Source: an uncultured Acidobacteriota bacterium
GTDB lineage: Bacteria; Acidobacteriota; Thermoanaerobaculia; UBA5066; Gp7-AA6
Reading direction: 5' to 3'
NCBI GenBank assembly: GCA_963764715.1
Contig: CAVXTP010000015.1
Span: 96,001-160,000 of the forward strand
Length of the DNA stretch: 64,000 nt
Shown here: one piece after another, positions 18,284 through 27,455 of the stretch
Position numbering within the stretch: position 1 is the stretch's first letter
Layout of the letters: every line of letters starts with the position of its first letter
The notes under the pieces: model-generated
The model's input: the letters and a program-made list of their open reading frames with translations, nothing else
The model's database searches: none
What the model was told of the DNA's origin: nothing
Translations under genes and position numbers: made by a program

Positions 18284-20533
18284 CTAGTGCTGGAAGGCGT
18301 AGGAGAGCTTGATGAGGAACTGGCGGTTCTGGGGCCGGAGGTCGACGTAATTGGTCTCGAAGAGGGCCCGGTTGTCGCCGTAGCCGACGTAGAGCACGGT
18401 CTGCCAGTTGAGCTTGTAGGAGAAGAGGGCCGAGCCGGAGAACTCGGACTCCTTCGGCAGGACGGGGACGCTCCAGAGCGACGGATCGCGGGTCGTCTCG
18501 ATGTACTGGCCGATCACGCGGAAGAGCATCCGGGAGTTGAAGACGTAGATCGCCTTGGCCCGCGCGACGGTCGCGGTGAAGAGACGTCCCGAGCGCCCGT
18601 CCACGGTCTCGTCGATCCACTGCCGCTCGCCGACGAGGTCGAGGCCGAGGTGGTCCGTCGGGCGGATCGTCGCGGTCATCGAGAGCGTGCCCCCGCTCCC
18701 GACGCGCACGTTGGAGACGTCGGGCTGGTCGCCGTAGTTTCCGGCGAAGGTCAAGCGCGGGACGATGCGCGAGGGCGAAGCCTGCAGCGTCCAGACGAGG
18801 CGGTCGAACTCGAGCGTCTGCCCGGCGATCCGGACGGCCTCGAAGTTGTAGTCGATCTCCCCGCGCAGGCTCCACTGCCCTTGAAAGGAGACCCCCGGGA
18901 AGTAGCGGCGCGAGATGAGGTCCCCCTCGCGATCGGTGGAATAGTTGCCGCCCACGAGCGGGCGCAGCCGCGAGAAAAAACCGGTCGGAAAGAACCGGTA
19001 GCCGAGTCCCGCCTCCCCCTCGCGGTACCCGACCTGGGGAACGAACCCGTCGTCGGCGACGAAGCCGGGCGCGAAGTCGTCGTAGCTCAGGTTCCAGTCC
19101 CAGTGCCGCGTCGAGTGGGTCCACGCCGTCGTCCAGCCGAAGCCCGACTGCGTCTGCCCCGTCCATCCCGGGTACAGGTCGGGCCGGTCCGGGTTCTTCG
19201 AGAAGCTGTAGAGGTACTGCCCGTTGACGACGTCGTTCGCGCCCGCCTGCAGGTGGAAGTCGCCGCCCACGACGTAGTTGTAGCCGCCGCCGTCGGCGCC
19301 GTCGATGGACCGCGCGGTCCCGATGAACCCGGCGAAGGAGTCGCCGAGGTCCTGGCGGACGCGCAGGATCGCGACCGTCGACTGATAGTCCTGGGGAGCG
19401 ACGTCCGAGAACACCGGTCCGGGGATGATGACCGTCCCTCCTCCGCGATCGTTGCCGACGAGCGCGACGTAGTTCGTCCCGCCCGTCTTGCCGGTGATGC
19501 GCGCGCCCCAGAGCGGCGAGGTGATCGTGCGCGTGTAGACAGCCTGGATCGGAGTCTGGAGCAGGTCCACGTGCTCGAGGAAGAACGGTCGCTTCTCCGG
19601 ATAGAAGAGCGCGAAGCGTTCGTTGACGGAGATCTGGGCCGTGTCGGACTCGATCTGGGAGAAGTCGGGGTTGATGGTCGCGTCCACGATCGTGTCGGGG
19701 TCGGGAAGCCATTTCGCGTCGAGCCCGACCTTGCCCTTGGTCGTCGTGTCGTCGTCGGGAAGCCCGTTCGATCCGGCATACGTCTTCGTGCTCGTCACCG
19801 CGCCGTACGGCGCGAGCACCCAGTGGGCGCCCTTGGACAGGCCGGTGATTCCCTCGATCGTCGCCGACTGGCACAGGAAGCAGCTCGAGCCGCGCGGCAC
19901 CCGCACGTTGTAGAACTGGTAATTCCGGTCGCGCGGCCAGACGCGGTACAGCATGAGCGCCCAGTCCTGCGGGTCTTTCTCCGGGTAGCGCAGCGACGAC
20001 AGCGGGATCGCGACCTCCGCGACCCAGGAGTCGGTGCCGATCTTCCCGGCCGACTGCCAGAAGTAGTCGGGGCCGAAGTCTTCGTTGAAGGTCCCCTCGT
20101 TGAAGACCGAGTCCGCCTGGATGCCGCGCGGCCCGATCCAGAAGTCGATCGCGGAGTGGTTCTGGTTCTCGACGTCGAGCAGGACGCCGACGTAGTCCTG
20201 GTCATCGTTGATCCCGTCGCGGTCGACGTAGGGCGCGCGGATCTTCGACACGTCGGGCTCCTCGGACCAGAACGAGGCGTAGAAGAACTCGTCGTCGTAG
20301 CCGATCCGGGCGAGCGTTCGGACGGGCGGCGTGACGTTGTCGCCCGGATTGATCTCGTACATCAGGGGGACCTCGGTCGCCTCCGCCCAGCCGGGGTCCG
20401 AGAGGTCGCCGTCGATTTTGATCGGCGTCGTGATCCGCCCGAGCTTGAGCTTCGGCTTTTCGGGCTCCTCGGCGAGGAGGAAAAAGGACGGCGCGCACAC
20501 CACGGCCATGGCGGCCAGCGCTCGGAGCCTCAT
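18284..20533 (-). CDS. CBM9-like domain + DUF5916 probable outer-membrane protein
   Basis: IKIDGDLSDPGW, WVAEVAIPLSSLRY, TINPDFSQIESD, FYPEKRPFFLE; beta-barrel-like C-terminus FLIKLSYAF. Confidence 0.85.
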   Translation of the reverse strand: MRLRALAAMAVVCAPSFFLLAEEPEKPKLKLGRITTPIKIDGDLSDPGWAEATEVPLMYEINPGDNVTPPVRTLARIGYDDEFFYASFWSEEPDVSKIRAPYVDRDGINDDQDYVGVLLDVENQNHSAIDFWIGPRGIQADSVFNEGTFNEDFGPDYFWQSAGKIGTDSWVAEVAIPLSSLRYPEKDPQDWALMLYRVWPRDRNYQFYNVRVPRGSSCFLCQSATIEGITGLSKGAHWVLAPYGAVTSTKTYAGSNGLPDDDTTTKGKVGLDAKWLPDPDTIVDATINPDFSQIESDTAQISVNERFALFYPEKRPFFLEHVDLLQTPIQAVYTRTITSPLWGARITGKTGGTNYVALVGNDRGGGTVIIPGPVFSDVAPQDYQSTVAILRVRQDLGDSFAGFIGTARSIDGADGGGYNYVVGGDFHLQAGANDVVNGQYLYSFSKNPDRPDLYPGWTGQTQSGFGWTTAWTHSTRHWDWNLSYDDFAPGFVADDGFVPQVGYREGEAGLGYRFFPTGFFSRLRPLVGGNYSTDREGDLISRRYFPGVSFQGQWSLRGEIDYNFEAVRIAGQTLEFDRLVWTLQASPSRIVPRLTFAGNYGDQPDVSNVRVGSGGTLSMTATIRPTDHLGLDLVGERQWIDETVDGRSGRLFTATVARAKAIYVFNSRMLFRVIGQYIETTRDPSLWSVPVLPKESEFSGSALFSYKLNWQTVLYVGYGDNRALFETNYVDLRPQNRQFLIKLSYAFQH

Positions 20534-20573
20534 TGCGGTGATCGTACGAGAGATTCCAGATGAAGGTTGCGGG

Positions 20574-20662
20574 GGAGGCAGGCGGCCGACGTCAGGAGGC
20601 AGGTTGACCCACGGTTTTCCTGCCTCCGGCCTCCTGCCTCCTGCCGCCTGTCTTCCCGACTT
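20574..20662. repeat. degenerate heptamer repeats in inverted arrangement
   Basis: GGAGGCA-like units 20574-20603 facing CCTGCCT-like units 20619-20657. Confidence 0.7.
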
Positions 20663-23600
20663 CTAGCGGAAATCGTGGCTCGGGAGGCGGGCAAACTCGG
20701 GGATCGTCCAGAACTGCTCCGCCCGGACCGACAGCGAGCCGTCCTGCCGCTGGAGCCTGCCCTTGACGACGAGCGCCCCCGACCCGACGACGACGGCGCG
20801 CTGCTCGCGGAAGAGGTCGGGCCGGACGATCGCCTGGAGCATCCCGGTCTCGTCCTCGAGCGTCAGGAAGACGAACCCCTTCGCCGTCCCCGGCCGCTGG
20901 CGCACGATGACCGCGCCGGCCGCCGTGACCCGGTCGCCGTCCCGCTGGCGGCGGAGCTCCGAGGCCGACAGAACGCCCCGGCGCGCCAGCGACTTGCGCA
21001 GGTGCGACAGCATGTGCGGCCCCGTCGTGATCTCGGTCGACGCGTAGTCGGCGCGGGTCTCCTCGATCGGCGACATCTCCGGCAGCGGCGAGGGGTCGTC
21101 CGTCGGGATCTCCGCAAAGAGCGGCCCGGCCTCGCGCGCGACCTTCGCCACCTGCCAGAGCGCGGCCCGCCGCGTCCGCCCGAACGCCGCGAGCGCCCCG
21201 GCGTGCGCGAGGAGCTCGAGCTCCCCGTCGCGCAGGCGGCAGCGGCGGGCGAGGTCGTCGATCGACACAAAGGGCGCCTGCCCCTGCGCGCGCTCGATCG
21301 CCTCTCCCGTTTCCTGCTTCAGGCCCTTGACGAAGCGCATCCCCAGACGGACTCCGCCGCGCTCCCACCGGCACATCCAGCCCGACGAGGTCACGTCGAC
21401 CGGCCAGGCCGGCGTCCCGTGAAGCTGCGCGTCCTTGACGAGCGTGGCCGGGTGGTAGAAGCCCATCGGCCACGCGTTCAACAACGCCGCGAGAAACGCC
21501 GCCGGATGGTGGGCCTTGAGATAAGCGCTCGCGTACGCGATCAGCGCGAAGCTCGCCGCGTGCGACTCGGGAAACCCGTAGAGCGCGAAGGACGTGATCG
21601 ACTTGACGATCTGCTCCTGCGCCTCCGGACCGATGCCGCGCTCGGCCATTCCCTTCCGCAGCCGCGCCTCGATCGCGTCCATCCGCTCGACCGAACGCTT
21701 GAAGCCCATCGCGCGCCGCAGCTCCTCGGCCTCGCCGCCCGTGAATCCCGCCGCGACCATCGCCATCTTCAGGATCTGCTCCTGGAAGAGGGGCACGCCG
21801 AGCGTGCGCTTCAGGATCGGCTCGAGGCAGGGATCCGGGTACTCGACCTTCGCCCTCCCCTGCCGCCGCTCGAAGAACGGCCGGACCATGCCGCCGACGA
21901 TCGGCCCGGGCCGGATGATCGCGACCTGGACGACGATGTCGTAGAAGCACTTCGGAGCGTTCCTCGGGAGCGAGGCCATCTGGGCGCGGCTCTCGACCTG
22001 GAAGAGGCCGACCGTGTCGGCCGCGTTCAGCATCCGGTAGACCGCGGGATCGTCCTGCGGCAGGTGCGCGAGGTCCACCTCGAGCTTCTCGTGGGTCGAG
22101 ATCATCGGAATCGCCTCCTCGATCGCGGCGAGCATGCCGAGGCCGAGCAGGTCGACCTTCACGATCCCGAGATCCGCGCAGTCGTCCTTGTCCCACTGGA
22201 CGACGACGCGCCCCGGCATCGAGGCGGGCTCGAGCGGCACGACCTCGTCGAGCCTTCCCGCCGCGACGACGATCCCGCCCGAGTGCTGGCCGAGGTGGCG
22301 TGGGAGGTTCTGGATCTGCAGAAAGAGACGCAGGAAATGCCGCGCGCGCCGCTCTTCCGGATCGAGCCCCGCCGCGCGGACCTCCCGGGCGAGCTCCTCT
22401 GGCGGATCGCGGATCTCCCCGAAATTCCAGCCCCCGAGCTGCTTGGAGAGCGCGTCGACCTGCTCCGGCGAGTAACCGAGGGCCTTGGCGGTCTCGCGCG
22501 CCGAGGAACGGTCGCGGTAGGTGATGACGTTGGCCGTCATGCCGGCGCCGTGGGGACCGTACTTCTCGTAGACGTGCTGGATGACCTTCTCGCGCTCCAC
22601 CCCCGACGGGAGGTCGAGATCGATGTCGGGCCACTCGCCGCGCTCCTCCGAGAGGAACCGCTCGAAGAGCAGCTCCATCTTCACCGGATCGACGGCCGTG
22701 ATCGAGAGCGCATAGCAGACGGCGCTGTTGGCGGCGGACCCCCGGCCCTGCGCGAGGATGCGGTTCTCCAGGCAGAAGCGCACGATGTCCCAGACGATCA
22801 GGAAGTAGCCGGCGAGATCGAGCTTCTCGATCATCGCGAGCTCCTTCTCGATCTGTGCCTGGGCCTTCGCCGTCAGCGGACGGAACCGCGCGCGGGCGCC
22901 GTTCCAGGCGACCTGGCGCAGGTACGAGGACGGCGTCTCGCCGGGCGGAAGCGGATAGTCCGGGAACCGGTAGCCGAGGTCCGCGAGCGTGAAGTCGAGC
23001 CGGCGCGCGAGCTCGACGGACGCGTCGAGCATTTCCGGCATGTCGGAAAAGAGCCCGGCCATCTCGGCTGAGCCCCGGAAGTGGCGCTCGCGCTGCGCGG
23101 CGAGGAGGCGGCCCGCGCGGTCGAGCGTCGTGTGGTGGCGGATGCAGGTGAAGACGTCGTGGAGCTCCTTGTCCTTCTTGCGCGCGTAGCGCACGCCATT
23201 GGAGGCGAAGAGCGGAAGGCGGAGCCGCCGCGCGAGATCCACGAGCGCCTGGTTGCGCCGCTCCTCTTCCCGGAGACGATGCCGCTGGAGCTCGACGTGG
23301 AGCCGCCCCGGAAAGATCGCGCCGAGCCGCTCGAGCAGCGCCCGCGCCGCGTCCGGCCCGCCCTCCGCGAGGGCGCGCGCCACGGGCGACTCGTCGCCGC
23401 CCGTCGCGACGTGCAGGCCCTCCGCGTGCGCGGCGACCTGCTCGAGCGTGACCACGGTCTCGCCCTTCGGCTTGCCGAGCGCGCCGGCGGTGATCAAGCG
23501 GCAGAGGTTCCGATAACCGGCGCGGTTCTCGACGAGGAGCGTGAGACGGGGGCGGGCGGCCACAAGCCGATCACCAGAGGCAGACCCACGGCCATAGGCA

Positions 23601-24082
23601 ACGCCGGCACCAGCCGGCGGTAACGCCGCCCCTACTCTCCCGTGGTCGTAGGGGCGGGGCTTGTCCCCGCCCTCCAGCGTCACCTCCGCCCCCACGAGCG
23701 CCCTCACCCCTGCGGCCTTCGCCGCCTTCCAGAAGCGCGGCGCGCCGTAGACGCCGTTGCGATCGACGAGCGCGACGGCCGGGATCTCCAGGCGCGCGGC
23801 CTCTTCGACGAGGTCCTCCGGCAGCGACGCGCCGTCGAGGAAGGAAAACGCGGAGGCGGCGCGCATCTCGACGTAGGGGCGCGGCGCCGGCGGCGCGAGC
23901 TTCAGCGCGCGGGGAAAGTCGCGCTGCCGGAGCTTTTCCTTGCGCGCTCCCGCGGCGACGATCAGCGAGAGAGGGTCGGCCTCGGCGTGGCGCCCCCCGC
24001 AACTCGCGTTGCCGACTCCCAGGTTGCGGGACGGCGGCATTTCCGGAGGGCCTCCCGACGGGCGCGTGCGCTTGTCGGCCAC
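20663..24082 (-). CDS. dnaE2: error-prone DNA polymerase III alpha subunit DnaE2 (ImuC)
   Basis: SAFSFLDGASLPEDL PHP start, QGRGSAANSAVCY, ERGEWPDIDLD, PRHLGQHSGG, YGFPESHA, RQRPGTAKG, C-terminal SHDFR (SRDF-like motif). Confidence 0.95.
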   Translation of the reverse strand: MADKRTRPSGGPPEMPPSRNLGVGNASCGGRHAEADPLSLIVAAGARKEKLRQRDFPRALKLAPPAPRPYVEMRAASAFSFLDGASLPEDLVEEAARLEIPAVALVDRNGVYGAPRFWKAAKAAGVRALVGAEVTLEGGDKPRPYDHGRVGAALPPAGAGVAYGRGSASGDRLVAARPRLTLLVENRAGYRNLCRLITAGALGKPKGETVVTLEQVAAHAEGLHVATGGDESPVARALAEGGPDAARALLERLGAIFPGRLHVELQRHRLREEERRNQALVDLARRLRLPLFASNGVRYARKKDKELHDVFTCIRHHTTLDRAGRLLAAQRERHFRGSAEMAGLFSDMPEMLDASVELARRLDFTLADLGYRFPDYPLPPGETPSSYLRQVAWNGARARFRPLTAKAQAQIEKELAMIEKLDLAGYFLIVWDIVRFCLENRILAQGRGSAANSAVCYALSITAVDPVKMELLFERFLSEERGEWPDIDLDLPSGVEREKVIQHVYEKYGPHGAGMTANVITYRDRSSARETAKALGYSPEQVDALSKQLGGWNFGEIRDPPEELAREVRAAGLDPEERRARHFLRLFLQIQNLPRHLGQHSGGIVVAAGRLDEVVPLEPASMPGRVVVQWDKDDCADLGIVKVDLLGLGMLAAIEEAIPMISTHEKLEVDLAHLPQDDPAVYRMLNAADTVGLFQVESRAQMASLPRNAPKCFYDIVVQVAIIRPGPIVGGMVRPFFERRQGRAKVEYPDPCLEPILKRTLGVPLFQEQILKMAMVAAGFTGGEAEELRRAMGFKRSVERMDAIEARLRKGMAERGIGPEAQEQIVKSITSFALYGFPESHAASFALIAYASAYLKAHHPAAFLAALLNAWPMGFYHPATLVKDAQLHGTPAWPVDVTSSGWMCRWERGGVRLGMRFVKGLKQETGEAIERAQGQAPFVSIDDLARRCRLRDGELELLAHAGALAAFGRTRRAALWQVAKVAREAGPLFAEIPTDDPSPLPEMSPIEETRADYASTEITTGPHMLSHLRKSLARRGVLSASELRRQRDGDRVTAAGAVIVRQRPGTAKGFVFLTLEDETGMLQAIVRPDLFREQRAVVVGSGALVVKGRLQRQDGSLSVRAEQFWTIPEFARLPSHDFR
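23554..23672. repeat. REP doublet (82-nt long form + 25-nt form) inside dnaE2, frame preserved
   Basis: Long REP 23554-23635, 12-nt spacer, GTAGGGGCGGGGCTTGTCCCCGCCC 23648-23672. Confidence 0.9.
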
Positions 24083-24088
24083 CCCGGA

Positions 24089-24117
24089 ACGATAGGCGGT
24101 AAAAAGGCGTAAGTCAA
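24089..24117 (-). promoter_or_regulatory. sigma70-type promoter of dnaE2, probably leaderless
   Basis: Minus strand TTGACT-N17-TATCGT, then 6 nt, then GTG at 24082. Confidence 0.7.
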
Positions 24118-24133
24118 CCGCCCGCCGGGCCCC

Positions 24134-25078
24134 CTAACGCTCCCCGGGCTTCTCCTCCGCGGCCACGGCCACGCGGAGCCCCCGGCTCCGCCCGACCGAC
24201 TCGCGATAGCCGAGCTCCTCCCGGATCCTCCCGGTATCGGCGACGAGATCGTGGGAGAAGTCGAAGGGCTCGACGAGCTCCGGCGGAAGTTCTTCGCGCG
24301 AGAGCTCCCGGACCTCGCCCCGCCACCCCGCCGCCGCGCTGATCGCCCGGATCCAGTCGGCTTCGCTCAGGGCGTCCGGTTCGCCCAGGTTGTAGACGCG
24401 CCCGGCCGCTTCCCGCCTCGTCGCGGCCAGGGCGATCGCGTCGGCCACGTCCTCCACGTACCCCCGCGTCCATCGCCACCGCGCCTTGGCCCGGTCGACC
24501 GGAAACGGCCCCGTCGCGCGCCACATGCGGTCGAGGTAAGGCTGAAGGCGGCGGTGCGGATCTCCCGGGCCGTAGACGCAGGGCAACCGCAGGATGGTCA
24601 CGGGAGCCTCCGCCGAGCCGAGGACGGCCGACTCGACCAGCACCTTGTCGTAGTCGTACGCGACTTCGCCGGGCTTCGCCATCGCCCGGTACGGATGGCG
24701 GCACGTCCTCAGCGCGGAGATCTCGGTCAGGGGCGAACGGTCCGGCGCGCCGCTCTCGAGCCGGAGCAGTCTCCCGTAGGCGGCATACACGTCCTGGCTC
24801 GACAGGACGACGAGCCGCCCCGCGAGGCCGGTGAACGTCTCGGCCAGCGCCCGCCCGTCCGCCTCGCTGTAGGCGATCGTGTCGACGACCACGTCGGGCG
24901 CGAAACGACGGAACTCGTCGCGATGCGCCGCGAGGTTCGCCCGATCCCCGCGGATCGTCTCCGCGCCGCCGGACTCCGCGCCGCGGTGGAAGGCCGCCAC
25001 CGCGTGACCCCCGGCCCGCAGCCGCCGCACCACCGCCCCGCTGACGAACCCCGTCCCCCCGATCACGGCGACGCGCAT
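24134..25078 (-). CDS. NAD-dependent epimerase/dehydratase family protein
   Basis: MRVAVIGGTGFVSG, LSSQDVY, YDK, LRLPCVYGPGD, YVEDVADAI. Confidence 0.88.
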   Translation of the reverse strand: MRVAVIGGTGFVSGAVVRRLRAGGHAVAAFHRGAESGGAETIRGDRANLAAHRDEFRRFAPDVVVDTIAYSEADGRALAETFTGLAGRLVVLSSQDVYAAYGRLLRLESGAPDRSPLTEISALRTCRHPYRAMAKPGEVAYDYDKVLVESAVLGSAEAPVTILRLPCVYGPGDPHRRLQPYLDRMWRATGPFPVDRAKARWRWTRGYVEDVADAIALAATRREAAGRVYNLGEPDALSEADWIRAISAAAGWRGEVRELSREELPPELVEPFDFSHDLVADTGRIREELGYRESVGRSRGLRVAVAAEEKPGER

Positions 25079-25100
25079 GGGGTCAGCCCTGCATCTCTGA
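25079..25100. repeat. half copy of type A GGGGTCAG element
   Basis: GGGGTCAGCCCTGCATCTCTGA directly abutting the epimerase ATG. Confidence 0.75.
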
Positions 25101-25113
25101 CTTGTTGTGCGGC

Positions 25114-25614
25114 TCAGCTCTCGACGCCGACGCTCGTGCTCCGGCGCTCGAGCAGCGCGACGTCCCGCCAGACGCCGGCGAGCTTGCCGAGCTTCTCGCG
25201 CACGCCGACGACCCGGAATCCGCAGGCCTGGTGGATGGCGAGCGAGGCCGTGTTCTCCGGAAAGATCCCGGCCTGGAGGGTCCAGACGCCGGCCTTCTCC
25301 GACGTCTCGACGAGGGCCGCGAGCAGCGCGCGTCCGACGCCCCGCCCGCGCGCCGCCGCGGCGACGTAGACGCTGATCTCCGCCACGCCGCCGTAGGCGC
25401 ACCGGTCCGAGACGGGCGAGAGGGCGGCCCAGCCGAGCACGTCCCCGTCCCCGGCGCCGCGCCCGACGAGCCGGCAGTCCGGGCGGTGCTTCGCGTCCCA
25501 CGACTCCCACGGGGGAGGCGCCGTCTCCATCGTCGCGTTGCCGGTCGCAATTCCCTCGGCGTAGATGCGGCGCACCGCGTCCCAGTCGCCGGGGGTCATC
25601 GGCTCGATGCGCAA
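25114..25614 (-). CDS. GNAT acetyltransferase, phosphinothricin-acetyltransferase-like (YncA/MnaT type)
   Basis: IYAEGIATGNATMET, VAEISVYV, RGRGVGRALL, QAGIFPENTASLAIH, WRDVALLERRS. Confidence 0.88.
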   Translation of the reverse strand: MRIEPMTPGDWDAVRRIYAEGIATGNATMETAPPPWESWDAKHRPDCRLVGRGAGDGDVLGWAALSPVSDRCAYGGVAEISVYVAAAARGRGVGRALLAALVETSEKAGVWTLQAGIFPENTASLAIHQACGFRVVGVREKLGKLAGVWRDVALLERRSTSVGVES

Positions 25615-25636
25615 GGCCTCGGCGGACGGGGTCGCG

Positions 25637-26092
25637 CTAGACGTCCATGTACTCCGGAACGTAGCCCGACATCAGACTTCCTTTCGGAAGGATCGTGCGG
25701 CCCGAGCCGGCGGGCGCGTCCTCGCCGGTCTTGACCCAGTGCCACGCGTGGAGGATGTTCGGGGCGTGGTAGTAGCGCGTCTCGGCCTGGATGAGAACGG
25801 TGCCGCCGAGGATCTCCGCCTTCAGCTCCTCCCACTTGTGGGCGCCGACGACGGCCACGCGCTCGATGTGCTCGGAGTACTTCGAGAAGAACTTGATCTC
25901 CTGCCAGCGCGCCTTCCACTCGGTCCGGTCCATCTCCGAAAGGTCCGCCAGGATCCCGATCGTGCGCTTGCCGCGATCCTTGATGGCGAATTCGAGCTGC
26001 GGCAGAAAGGCCTCGACCTCCTCGGCCGTGACTCTGCCCTTCGCCCGGAAGCCGAAGGCCCGCCCCTCGCTCTCCTTGAGTCGCTCGATCAT
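25637..26092 (-). CDS. SpoIIAA-like (STAS/SEC14) domain protein
   Basis: MIERL...FGFRAKGRVT...IERVAVVGAHKW...AWHWV; ATG 26092 with GAGGG-like element upstream. Confidence 0.8.
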   Translation of the reverse strand: MIERLKESEGRAFGFRAKGRVTAEEVEAFLPQLEFAIKDRGKRTIGILADLSEMDRTEWKARWQEIKFFSKYSEHIERVAVVGAHKWEELKAEILGGTVLIQAETRYYHAPNILHAWHWVKTGEDAPAGSGRTILPKGSLMSGYVPEYMDV

Positions 26093-26130
26093 GCGTTGTC
26101 GTCCCCTTTCGGTGTCGGGAGCAACATATC

Positions 26131-26664
26131 TCAGACCCGACGGCCGGCCGGCGAGGCGAGCTGCCGGCGATGGTGGTCCGCGTGCGAGGTCAGGACCCGC
26201 AGCGCATCGACCGCCGACAGCATGCCGAAGTAGGCGTGCGTCAGCCGCACGCGCCGCTCCCGGCAGGCGCGCTCGAGGCCGTCGAGGAAGGCCGCCACCT
26301 GCTCGGAGAGGCGGACCGCCGCGCGCTCGGGATCGGGCGAGGCCTCGGACGGGCGGATCTCGCGCGGAGCCGGCGCTCCGCGGGGGAAATCGCCGCGCCG
26401 GATCTTCGGCAGGACCGTCCAGCGCAGCGCCAGCCGCTTCCACCACGGCAGCCGGATGGCGAAGCCCGGACCGCCCGCGAGCTCCGACAGCGGCGGGGCG
26501 TAGGAGACTGCGAGGTGCTCCGCGATCTCGGCGCGCGTCCAACCCCCGGGCCGCGCAGACCGTCCCCAGTCGTCCCGCGGGACCGCGCGGATCGCCGCCA
26601 CGCAGTCGGCGACGGCTCTCCGGTGCTCCTCGACCGCGGAAGCGATGGCCTCCGCCCGGCTCAT
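26131..26664 (-). CDS. DinB family protein
   Basis: GGWTRAEIAEHL, HAYFG, HADHHRRQL His pattern. Confidence 0.8.
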   Translation of the reverse strand: MSRAEAIASAVEEHRRAVADCVAAIRAVPRDDWGRSARPGGWTRAEIAEHLAVSYAPPLSELAGGPGFAIRLPWWKRLALRWTVLPKIRRGDFPRGAPAPREIRPSEASPDPERAAVRLSEQVAAFLDGLERACRERRVRLTHAYFGMLSAVDALRVLTSHADHHRRQLASPAGRRV

Positions 26665-27065
26665 GCCGACGCGGTCTCCTCCGAGCGCCGCACCGCCTGA
26701 CGTTCGAACGCGTTGTCTTCGTAGACGCGCCGTCCGCGGGCGAGCGCCGCGAGGCTCGACGCGGCGTAGGCGATCGGGAAGAGAACGCCCCAGCGCTCGT
26801 ACTGCGCGACGTGGACCCGCTCGTGCGCCCGGCAATCCTCGAGCTCCCGCGCTCCGACGCCGAGCACGACGTGACCGAACGTGATGGCGCGGATCGACAT
26901 CCACGGCAGCGCGCGCGAGAGCAGCGGCCCGAGGACTCCGCCGCCCGCCTCGAGCACGCCCTCTTCGATCCGCACCCGACCGCCGGTCAGGACGGCCGCC
27001 GCGACGAGAGGCAGGGCGGCGAGCGAAACGGGCCCCGCCCAGAGATAGCCGCGCAGGGGCCTCAC
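26661..27065 (-). CDS. hypothetical protein with HExxH motif
   Basis: AITFGHVVLG...AHERVHVAQYERWG...YEDNAFERQA; GTGA overlap with cupin stop. Confidence 0.7.
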   Translation of the reverse strand: MRPLRGYLWAGPVSLAALPLVAAAVLTGGRVRIEEGVLEAGGGVLGPLLSRALPWMSIRAITFGHVVLGVGARELEDCRAHERVHVAQYERWGVLFPIAYAASSLAALARGRRVYEDNAFERQAVRRSEETASA

Positions 27066-27415
27066 GGGGCCCCGGCCATCCCCGCTTCTCCGCCCTCCGG
27101 CCCGTAGAACATGACCCACACGACGAGGTCGTCGGTGAAGTTCTCGAACCGGTGCTCGGAGAACGCCGGAACGAACAGGACGTCCCCCGGACCGAACCGG
27201 TCGATGGCCGAACCGTTCCGGAACTCGCCGCTTCCCGACATGACGACGTAGAGCTCGTCGCGCGTGTGGGGCTTCTGGGGGTCGGTGCCGCGCGGGGCGT
27301 AGATTTCGACCTCCAGGGTTCCGTGCTCCAGGACCTTCACGAAGCGGTCGCCGCCGGGCCCCGGAAGTTGCTTCAACGCATCGGCGAGACGGACTCGCCA
27401 CTTGTCGCGGTACAT
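27062..27415 (-). CDS. cupin domain protein
   Basis: QKPHTRDELYVV..GSG, GDVLFVPA..EHRFE. Confidence 0.85.
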   Translation of the reverse strand: MYRDKWRVRLADALKQLPGPGGDRFVKVLEHGTLEVEIYAPRGTDPQKPHTRDELYVVMSGSGEFRNGSAIDRFGPGDVLFVPAFSEHRFENFTDDLVVWVMFYGPEGGEAGMAGAP

Positions 27416-27455
27416 CGCGGTCTCCTTTTCGGCGCACCCGCCGCGCCGCCGATTC

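Noticed and set aside
23554-23672. Intein or intron in dnaE2
   Set aside because: Only ~40 codons, no Cys/Ser start or His-Asn end, and it matches the REP family
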